Part shown: positions 56,735 through 64,000 of the stretch, one piece after another | Position numbering within the stretch: the stretch's first letter is position 1 | Layout: each line of letters begins with the position of its first letter | Source of the DNA: a virus | Length of the DNA stretch: 64,000 nucleotides | IMG/VR virus record: IMGVR_UViG_3300025133_000077 | Coordinates: 10,703-74,702 of that record | Strand: one strand, 5' to 3' | The notes under the pieces: model-generated | Database searches by the model: none | Told to the model about the DNA's origin: nothing | The model's input: the letters and a program-made list of their open reading frames with translations, nothing else | Position numbers and translations under genes: made by a program

Positions 56735-59700
56735 CCGAGGAGTCCTCTGTAGCCGGTGAGGTCGCCCAGGTAGAGCAGCACCCGGAGGCTTCGTTCTATG
56801 CGAGGATCCATGGTTTTGTCCACCAGCCTCTCGTGGAGCCCGTTCACGTCGGGCAGGGGCGCGTCCGGGTTCGTCAGCAGCCCCTTCAACCCGTCGAGGT
56901 TGGCGATGGCCCGGCTGGAGAAGCCCTCCCAGCCGGTCGTAATGGTACCGGAGCCCTGCTCGAACTCCAGGTCATCGCTGCCCAGCATCTCCGAGAGCGT
57001 GGCGATGGGGCGGTAGATGTAGTTCTGCACGAAGCGGTTGGCGTCGAGGGCGCTGGACGCCTTCACCGTGCCGTAGAGGATGGCCAGGATGTCCACCGCC
57101 TCCGCCACCGAGATCTCCTTGTTGATCGCGATTTGCTCCCGCCTCTTTGCGCTCGCCGTGGACGACGTCCCCGTGGCCGCCAGCGGGTCCACCGTCGATC
57201 CGGTTGCGTTGGCGAGCGTGGAGTCTCGGACGTTCTGTCCGCGCTCGATTCTCTTGGAGATGTTCATCTCGTCGACGACGGCGCCGGTCCCGAACCAGGG
57301 CTGGTAGACGTCCGCTCCGATCTGGTCGTTGTAGTACGAGGGCGAGAACCACGCCGGGAAGATGGAGCTCTCGAAGGGGAGGTCGACCCGCACGCTCCTG
57401 AGGGCCGCTCTCTCCTCCGGGGTGTACTCCTCCTCCTCGTAGATCTGGACGGTGGTGTAGAGCAGGTGTCCCTTGGCGGCGTCGCCCTCCCGTACCAAGC
57501 CGGTGATCGACTTCGTCGAGCGCTCGTACTGCAGGAACTCGCCGCTGGTGCGAATCTGGGTGATCTTCCCGCCCTTCGGCCCGCTGTCCCCCTCCACTCG
57601 CAAAGCCCCCGCGGCGTCCCGCGTGGCAGCGGGCACCTTCCCGTCGTCCCCGGGCTGTGGCGTGCACTTCCTCACCCAGCCGATGGCGGCAGAGTCTCCG
57701 TCCTGTACGGCCTCGCGCGCATCGAAGGTGGTCACCGTCGCGAAGCGAGAGAGCTCCCTCCCCGACTCCAGCGACAGCCGGAGGTACTCGTCGTCCGTGC
57801 CGTCCGCGCCCATGTGGACTCGAACATGCGAGAGGCCGACAGAGGTGGTGCCTCCCTGCTGGTTCAAGGAGTGCGACAACGTCGCCACCATGCCAATCAG
57901 CTGGGACGGCATGTAAACGTCCTTGCCCCCCAGCTTGAAGGGGATCTCCTTCTTCTGTGCGGCAGCGATGTAGTCGTCCATCGACACCCCCACCAGGGGC
58001 GGGGCGGGGCGACGAATCACGACGGCCGGGAACCCGGGGACGGGGTAGGGGTTGAAATAGCCGGACAGCTCTGCCGTCCGGCTGGCGAAGCGCTCCCGGA
58101 AGAAGTTGAAGCCTGCCGTGGCGTTGGCGAAGTCGTCGGGTTCCGAGCCCTGACCTCGCCCCGCCCGTGCGATGTCCTGGTCCTGGTTCGACCAGAAGTG
58201 GAATGAGGCGAGTCTGTCGAGCTTGGGAATGATCCCCGTGAACCGTTCGTGCTGCATCAGCAGCGCCTGGCGCAACTCCCCGCCGCCTCCCTGCGCCTGC
58301 AGGATCGATTTGAACTCGTCCGTCCTCGGCGCGTAGTAGTACTTGTCGCGGAGCTCCCGGCCCTTCGAGCCGTCCTCGATGATCTCGATGTGCGAGCGGA
58401 GCTGGTACCGGGTGATCTCCCGCATGTAGTTCCGCTGGAAGTTCAGCCGCGTGTACATCTCCGGGAAGAAGACGTTGCACCTCGGCGGAGCCACGAACCA
58501 GACGTCGGGCCGAAAGACCTGCGTCAGTACCCGCGCCCCTCGTCGCTTGTCGGCCGGAGTCATCTCCCCCTGGTCCCTCGGCGGAGGCTTGGGCTTCGCA
58601 CGCGCCTCCACGGGAGTCCCCGAGAGGTAGAGGTCCGCCTCCCTGGCCCGCCGGCGGGTGAGCCCGGGCATCACCTCGCCCTTCGAGGTGTTCACTCCTG
58701 CACGGATGGACCGGGAGGCAGAGGTGTACCGCCTCTCGTTGTGCAGGCGGACGGTGCGGGCGAACGTCTCGTGGTTGCCGGCGTTGTAGTAGAAGCTGAA
58801 GAGGGCGTCGAACTGCTCCTGCGTCGTCGGGGTCCCTGCGATCTTGCCGCGCACGGTCGCCTGCCGCGACTCGAGGTCCTCCTCGAACAGCGCGCTCATC
58901 TCCTCCTCGGTCATCGCTCGGCCGCCGGGAGCGTTCAACAGGTGAATCGAGAAGCGGGCCTTGTCCGCCTCGTCCTTGATCAGGTGGCCGTACCCGATAG
59001 TGGGGAACCCCTCCATCTCGTAGGAGGAGACCGACTGCCCAGTCGCGTCGTCGTAGACGAATGCCCGCCCGCCCTCCAGACCGTGCAGCGCCCTGCGGCC
59101 CTCCTCCGACACGGAGAAGGTCTCCCCGGGCTTGCCCACGCCGTCCGGCAGCTCTTCGACGGGCCCTGTGCCGCTGTAGGCGTTGGCGGCCACCATGGCG
59201 TCGCCAAGGACGTACCGAGCCACGGGGTTGGGCACGACCTCATGGTAGATGTAAGCGTTCAGAAGGTTGATCACATCCCGGATGCTGATCAGCCCGCCCT
59301 GCTGCGCCAGCCGTCCCGTGATCCATCCGATGAAGGAACCTGCGCTGAACAGTTCGTTGGCGGCCTCGTCCCCCTGAACCGCGGCGATCTGGAAGAGATT
59401 CTTCAGCCGCAGTTCCGAGATGGTCTCGAAGTCGTTCATCCCGACCAGCTGATCCGCCACCCCGCCCACGCTCTCCAGGATGCGGATGATTCCTGCCAGC
59501 AGCCCAGTGACTCCTTGCAACGCCGGAGTGCTCGGCTGGCCGCCCTGCATGATGGTCCGCATGGTCATTGCCGGGCTCTCGTCCCCGACGTTCGAGAAGA
59601 CGTAGCCCTCAGACCCCAGGAACTTGAGCGCGTTGTCGGTGTGGGAATCGTTGCCCTCTGAACCGACGTTGATCATGAACTGGTAGGTGGAGCTCCAGTG

Positions 59701-60048
59701 GCTCGCGGTGTCCATGCACTGCAGCACGACGGCTCTCGACGTGGGGGTCTGCACGAACTGGAAGCCCAGCACCTCTCCGTGGAACAACAGCCGGTAGTGC
59801 GGGCGGGAGTCCTCGTTGACGAAGTCGCTCTCGATGAAGCCGCCCACCTCGTGCTCGAAGTCGCGGAAGAAGAGGTGCACCAGTGTCCTGGGCCGCAGCT
59901 CCATCGCCCTGTCCGTGGCGAGGATCTGGATGTTGGCCGACGCACTGCCTCCGATGGCGGCCGACACCTGCGCGCCGATCACAGGCACCTCCTGCCCCTC
60001 CAGGAAGAGGCGGAGCTTGAGCTGCTTGCCGACGCCCGAGGCAGTCAC
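56731..60048 (-). CDS. baseplate hub-like protein with inserted GH24 (T4/P21-type) lysozyme domain
   Basis: LRLFLEG.EVPVI N-terminus; LEG....YDD...PTIGYGH...QFDAL.SF.YN.G...GLTRRR..EA.LY at about 58620-59115; TAGTG overlap gives start 60048. Confidence 0.78.
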   Translation of the reverse strand: MTASGVGKQLKLRLFLEGQEVPVIGAQVSAAIGGSASANIQILATDRAMELRPRTLVHLFFRDFEHEVGGFIESDFVNEDSRPHYRLLFHGEVLGFQFVQTPTSRAVVLQCMDTASHWSSTYQFMINVGSEGNDSHTDNALKFLGSEGYVFSNVGDESPAMTMRTIMQGGQPSTPALQGVTGLLAGIIRILESVGGVADQLVGMNDFETISELRLKNLFQIAAVQGDEAANELFSAGSFIGWITGRLAQQGGLISIRDVINLLNAYIYHEVVPNPVARYVLGDAMVAANAYSGTGPVEELPDGVGKPGETFSVSEEGRRALHGLEGGRAFVYDDATGQSVSSYEMEGFPTIGYGHLIKDEADKARFSIHLLNAPGGRAMTEEEMSALFEEDLESRQATVRGKIAGTPTTQEQFDALFSFYYNAGNHETFARTVRLHNERRYTSASRSIRAGVNTSKGEVMPGLTRRRAREADLYLSGTPVEARAKPKPPPRDQGEMTPADKRRGARVLTQVFRPDVWFVAPPRCNVFFPEMYTRLNFQRNYMREITRYQLRSHIEIIEDGSKGRELRDKYYYAPRTDEFKSILQAQGGGGELRQALLMQHERFTGIIPKLDRLASFHFWSNQDQDIARAGRGQGSEPDDFANATAGFNFFRERFASRTAELSGYFNPYPVPGFPAVVIRRPAPPLVGVSMDDYIAAAQKKEIPFKLGGKDVYMPSQLIGMVATLSHSLNQQGGTTSVGLSHVRVHMGADGTDDEYLRLSLESGRELSRFATVTTFDAREAVQDGDSAAIGWVRKCTPQPGDDGKVPAATRDAAGALRVEGDSGPKGGKITQIRTSGEFLQYERSTKSITGLVREGDAAKGHLLYTTVQIYEEEEYTPEERAALRSVRVDLPFESSIFPAWFSPSYYNDQIGADVYQPWFGTGAVVDEMNISKRIERGQNVRDSTLANATGSTVDPLAATGTSSTASAKRREQIAINKEISVAEAVDILAILYGTVKASSALDANRFVQNYIYRPIATLSEMLGSDDLEFEQGSGTITTGWEGFSSRAIANLDGLKGLLTNPDAPLPDVNGLHERLVDKTMDPRIERSLRVLLYLGDLTGYRGLLG

Positions 60049-60998
60049 TACGCCATGCCTCCCCACGGAGCGGGCCCGCCCATGTCGAAGTCAGGCAACG
60101 CCACGACCGCGTTGCCCTCGGTCCCGCTGCTCAGATCATCCGGCAGCGCAGCAGGGCTGCCTCCCGGAGAGATGACGCCCCGGGCTTCGTCCTCGATCCA
60201 CGCGTACGTCTTGTAGGGCTCGTCGACGAGGTCCTCGGCGGCGAACAGCGAGTCCGCGATCTCCCTGCCCTCCTGCACCAGGTACTCGTCGACGTTGTCG
60301 GAGATGTTCCCTCCCGTCACCGGGATACCCTCCTGATCCAGGAGGCGGTTCATGTTCGCGACCCGAGCGTGCTCATCCGCAGTGCGGGCGACTCGGTAGG
60401 GGCGAGGGAACTGCGTAGAACCCACCCGGCTGACGTCGACGTACCCCGTGACCCAGAAGGAGAAGGTGAGGCTGACGAAGTTGGGGTTGGGGTCGGCGAC
60501 GCTCTGGGTGTTGGCGTCGAGCATGTAGCCCTCGACGACCTTGTTCTCGGCCTGGATGTACATGCGTGCGTCGGCCTGGACCAAGCGCGTGCCGCGGAAG
60601 ACGTGCTCGTAGTTGTGCCACCACTCGGAGTGCCAGTTGAAGTCCGGCGTGCTCACCAGGGAGCCTGAGAACTGCAGCACCCGGGGCCGCTCCCCGAAGA
60701 AGAAGCCGAAGGTCTCGCCGAAGGTCTCGAGCAGCTGGTACTTCTCCTGCCGGGCTTCGTTGATCTGCCGAACGATGAAGTTGGCCGTGGCCGACGAGGT
60801 GCCTGACTTCCCGCTGGAGTTCGCCAGCGGGATGCGGGACCCGTTCTTCCGGATCACTCGGATGTTGGTGTAGGACGGCGCCCCCAGCTGGATGCCGCGC
60901 AGAGGCCTACGCACTGCGAAGTCGTTGGGCGTGGACCTCGCCACTCCGTTGGTGTGCCGGTCGAAGGCGTCCTCCTCGATCAGGACGAAGACAGCCAT
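60048..60998 (-). CDS. tail/baseplate protein downstream of the tape measure
   Basis: E.RQEKYQL.ETFGE...FFFGERP..L.FSG.L motif; position. Confidence 0.65.
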   Translation of the reverse strand: MAVFVLIEEDAFDRHTNGVARSTPNDFAVRRPLRGIQLGAPSYTNIRVIRKNGSRIPLANSSGKSGTSSATANFIVRQINEARQEKYQLLETFGETFGFFFGERPRVLQFSGSLVSTPDFNWHSEWWHNYEHVFRGTRLVQADARMYIQAENKVVEGYMLDANTQSVADPNPNFVSLTFSFWVTGYVDVSRVGSTQFPRPYRVARTADEHARVANMNRLLDQEGIPVTGGNISDNVDEYLVQEGREIADSLFAAEDLVDEPYKTYAWIEDEARGVISPGGSPAALPDDLSSGTEGNAVVALPDFDMGGPAPWGGMA

Positions 60999-61228
60999 CA
61001 GGTGGCCCGCCGCTGGCCGAGCAAGTAGTCCGTGATGGGCCTGCCGATGGTCGGCGTCTCGAAGGAGCCGAGCTTCACCTTCATGGCCTCCGCCTTGATG
61101 AGGTTGTCCATGACGTCGTCCACGGTGATGTCGGACAGGATGCGCAGCCGCTTGACCCGGCCCTCGTTGTCCACGGGGACCTCGCGGACCTCCTCGCGGC
61201 GACTGGCAACGGCAGAGAACTCGATCAT
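60998..61228 (-). CDS. small hypothetical protein
   Basis: TGATG overlap. Confidence 0.6.
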   Translation of the reverse strand: MIEFSAVASRREEVREVPVDNEGRVKRLRILSDITVDDVMDNLIKAEAMKVKLGSFETPTIGRPITDYLLGQRRAT

Positions 61229-61229
61229 G

Positions 61230-64000
61230 CTATTTCCCCAAGCTGACGATCTGGGACTCCAGGCCGCCCGTCACGCGCTTCACCTTCTCCAAGGCGTCCG
61301 CGGTCTCGGTGTTGTAGCGCGACTGGGTCGAGCCCATGTCGGCCAAAGCGCGCGCGATCTCCATCGACTCCCCGCCCAGTGTGCGCTGCACCTTGCCCCC
61401 GGTTCCCGCACTTCCGACGTCATCGACGGCACCAGCGACCCGAGAGAGCCGTTCCATCAGCTGCCGCGACTCCCCTGCGTCGATCTTGCCTCCGCTGGAC
61501 TTGTCGAGCATGGCCTCGATGTCCTTCTGGGTGATGCCGGAGGGCCCCATCCCCACCTGCTCCTGCCAGAAGGCCTCGATCTCCTCCTTTGTCGTCGCGC
61601 CGGCCAAGCCGCCTCGACCGATCCCCTTTCCTCCGTCTCGTAGCAGACGCACCTGCTTGGCCAGGACGCCTCCGCCCTCGGTGGCTGCGATCTCCGACAG
61701 GAACCGCTCTCCTCCGGTCCCCTTGCTCGCCACCAAGTCTGCGATCTTCCGGGCCTCGTCGACCCCGTAGCCTCCGCCTGCGCGGGCATCCGCCCACTTC
61801 TCCGCCAGCCCGTAGCCATCGTCCCCCGTACGACGGCCCATGGTCTCGAAGTCGCCGGACCCACGCTCCCTCAGCGCCCTGCCGAATCGTGCCCCCGAGA
61901 CCCCGATCCTCTCCCGAACTCGCTGATCTGCGACACCACCGCTCATCTTGTCGAGCTTCTCCAGCTCGTCCAGGGCCATCTCGGAGGTGTAGCCGCTGGT
62001 CCACATGTCCGGGAGCGCCTCCGCTGTCGCGATGAACGCATCCAGCTGCTCGGACGACATGTCGCCGAACTGTGCCTTCATCTCGTCAGTCCAGGAGTCG
62101 CGGCCCTTGGACCCCTTCGCCAGCCCGCGGGCCTGCTTGCCCATGGTGGCGATGTCCGCCATTTCGGAGGCCGACTTGCCCTTCAAGGCGAGCAGCGCCC
62201 TCCGCGCCTCCGGGTCCTTGATCATCGCCTCCAGCGTCTCGTCGTGGGACGAGAACATGCCCCCGACCCGCTTGGTCATGAGGTCGGAGACCTTGTCCGT
62301 CTGCTTGCGGATGGCGGCAGCGGAGTCGGTCGCGAAGGCGTCCAGGCGGGCCGTCCCGCCGACGTCGATGCCTACTCCGCCCAGCGCAGTCTGGACGAGG
62401 CGCTCAGCATCGGCCCTCCCAGAGCTGTTCCTGAACGCGGCCCCCGCGCCGATGCCCACGTTCTTGGAAGCGCCGGAGGTCATTCCCAGCGTCTTCTCCA
62501 GAGCGGCCCGGAGCTCGGGAGGCAGGTTCTTGTCTCCCAAGGCCGCGGTGACGATGTCCTCGCCGGCCGTCCGTCCCTGCAGGTTCACGTCGCCCGTGTA
62601 GGCCGCCAGCTGCCTACCGAGGGCGTCCATGTCCTCTCGGGACGTACCGGCCATGCCGAACGACGCGGGGTCCAACGCCCCTGCCGCGGCCTGTCGCTCC
62701 TGTCCGACGATGCGAGCGTACTCGCTTGCCGAGATGTCCTTGCCGATCTCGATCTTGCCGAGCTTCATTCCCGTGGCACGGTACAGGTCGTTGCGCGTCC
62801 CCTCGCTGAAGCCCCTCGTCGACACCCTCGAACCGTTCAGGATGTCCGCGCCAGGCTGAACGACGCCCTCCAGCACGCCCGCCATGGTGTCTCGCGAAGC
62901 TCCCTGAAGACGCACGCGACCGTACACCTTGTCCGAGATGTCCTCGCCCATCTGCGAGAGGTTCCCCTCTGCGCTGACAGCGAGGTTGTGCATCGGGTCC
63001 AGGACGTTGCGTCGGGCGACGCGCCCCAACTTCATCTTGGCGGCCCCCAGGGAGCGCTCGAACACGCGGTGCTGTTCCATCGCGACACGCTGAAGTTCCT
63101 GCTCCTCTTCCCGCCGTCGCTCCTTGGCGATCTCCCCTGACTTCGCTCCCAGGTCCGCGATGATCTCCGCCTGGGTGCGGTCCAGGTCACCGAACATCTG
63201 CATGATGTGGGTGACCATGTCGTCCTCGCCCATCTCCCCGTAGCGGTCCTTCACCAGCTTGGTGGCGAAGGAGGCCATCTGGTCCAAGCCCGCCTTCTCC
63301 GCGAAGACTCCGCGCATGCGCTCCTTCTGCGTGTCGAAGGAGACCCTGGCCTCCGCCGAGGAACCCAACGCCTTCTGCGCCATCGCGGCCAGGCGGTTCG
63401 GGTCCATGTTCTGCAGGTCCTGCAGCTTCCTCTCGTCGATGTTGCCCGTGTACCGGCCGCCTTTGCGCTCGCCGGCGATGACCATCATGCTCTGTCCGAC
63501 CGAGGTGCCGGTGAAGTCGAGGGCCGCACCCGTCAAGGTCTGTCCGAGACTCGCGTACGCCTCCGCGCCCTCCTTGCCAGTGGCCTCCAGCAGTCGCTCG
63601 TCGTTGATGATCCCCAGAGCGTTGGCACGGGCGACGTCACTGGTGAGCCGCGTGGTGAGCCGCGCACCGGACCCGCGCAAGGCCCCGATGCCGTGGGCCA
63701 TCTGCGCGCCTTGCGCCTGCTGCTGGGTGATCTGCTGACCCGTCATCCCGTGGGACGCCAAGATGCCCCGCTGAACGGTGTTCCCCATCACCTCGCCGGG
63801 GGTGTACATGCCGGAGAGGCGCATCGACCCGACGACGCCCGCCGCCTCCTCCATGGTGGTGCCCATGATCCGAGACACCTCCTTCGCGCTCTGGGTCAGG
63901 GTCTTGAACTTCTTCTCGAAGTCCTTGGCGTCTCGGACGGTCTGCAGCATCCCCATGTCGTTCATGGACTGGAAGATCTTCTGCATCTCCTCGAAGTCGG
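61230..64000 (-). CDS. tape measure-like protein (5' end beyond the window)
   Basis: Frame open to the right edge; Ala/Gly/Met/Gln-rich and helical; upstream of hub genes. Confidence 0.7.
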   Translation of the reverse strand, partial: DFEEMQKIFQSMNDMGMLQTVRDAKDFEKKFKTLTQSAKEVSRIMGTTMEEAAGVVGSMRLSGMYTPGEVMGNTVQRGILASHGMTGQQITQQQAQGAQMAHGIGALRGSGARLTTRLTSDVARANALGIINDERLLEATGKEGAEAYASLGQTLTGAALDFTGTSVGQSMMVIAGERKGGRYTGNIDERKLQDLQNMDPNRLAAMAQKALGSSAEARVSFDTQKERMRGVFAEKAGLDQMASFATKLVKDRYGEMGEDDMVTHIMQMFGDLDRTQAEIIADLGAKSGEIAKERRREEEQELQRVAMEQHRVFERSLGAAKMKLGRVARRNVLDPMHNLAVSAEGNLSQMGEDISDKVYGRVRLQGASRDTMAGVLEGVVQPGADILNGSRVSTRGFSEGTRNDLYRATGMKLGKIEIGKDISASEYARIVGQERQAAAGALDPASFGMAGTSREDMDALGRQLAAYTGDVNLQGRTAGEDIVTAALGDKNLPPELRAALEKTLGMTSGASKNVGIGAGAAFRNSSGRADAERLVQTALGGVGIDVGGTARLDAFATDSAAAIRKQTDKVSDLMTKRVGGMFSSHDETLEAMIKDPEARRALLALKGKSASEMADIATMGKQARGLAKGSKGRDSWTDEMKAQFGDMSSEQLDAFIATAEALPDMWTSGYTSEMALDELEKLDKMSGGVADQRVRERIGVSGARFGRALRERGSGDFETMGRRTGDDGYGLAEKWADARAGGGYGVDEARKIADLVASKGTGGERFLSEIAATEGGGVLAKQVRLLRDGGKGIGRGGLAGATTKEEIEAFWQEQVGMGPSGITQKDIEAMLDKSSGGKIDAGESRQLMERLSRVAGAVDDVGSAGTGGKVQRTLGGESMEIARALADMGSTQSRYNTETADALEKVKRVTGGLESQIVSLGK

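Noticed and set aside
1-64000. tRNA, rRNA, structured ncRNA, introns, inteins, retron or DGR
   Set aside because: Intergenic gaps are under about 120 nt; no cloverleaf, reverse transcriptase or intein motifs were seen; PolA, DnaB and RecA have ordinary lengths. Read by eye only, so an Infernal scan would be needed to exclude small RNAs.
24382-64000. Extracellular contractile injection system or host-chromosomal locus
   Set aside because: A portal and a full replication module on the same contig indicate a phage; no host housekeeping synteny or integrase was seen.
1-64000. Stop-codon reassignment
   Set aside because: Genes are full length under the standard code, and both TGA and TAG act as stops with tight start overlaps.

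Overview
High-GC (upper-60s % by eye, not computed) segment of a large tailed dsDNA phage with a contractile-tail-type baseplate. No tRNA, rRNA, CRISPR or integrase was seen. There are four blocks. (i) 1-5.6 kb: mostly minus strand. The N-terminus of an RNA polymerase beta (RpoB)-like gene runs off the left edge; it is absent from the ORF track and was translated by hand. This block also holds a small plus-strand operon, a Zn-ribbon-containing portal and two putative head proteins. (ii) 5.7-24.1 kb: one tightly coupled plus-strand replication/recombination operon (XRE regulator, SF2 helicase, family-4 UDG, DnaB, DnaG, putative SSB, PolA, HNH-AP2, HU, RecA, HAD phosphatase, two resolvases, Cas4-like exonuclease). 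(iii) 24.1-54.6 kb: minus-strand baseplate, fibre and virion genes, with one antisense Zn-ribbon gene. (iv) 54.6-64 kb: group-3 sigma factor, glycine-zipper protein, hub protein with an inserted GH24 lysozyme, and a partial tape measure. Best candidate system (inference): a phage transcription switch. The RpoB-like gene and sigma factor lie on the virion-gene strand, where sigma70-type promoters are visible (-35/N18/-10, some leaderless). Both plus-strand operons instead begin with an identical sigma28-like motif, CRCAA-N15-CGGCATAAG. A recurring K-x-A motif punctuates the putative head proteins, flanks glycine-zipper cassettes, and also occurs at the sigma N-terminus. This suggests protease-processed, virion-packaged cargo that might include the transcription apparatus.
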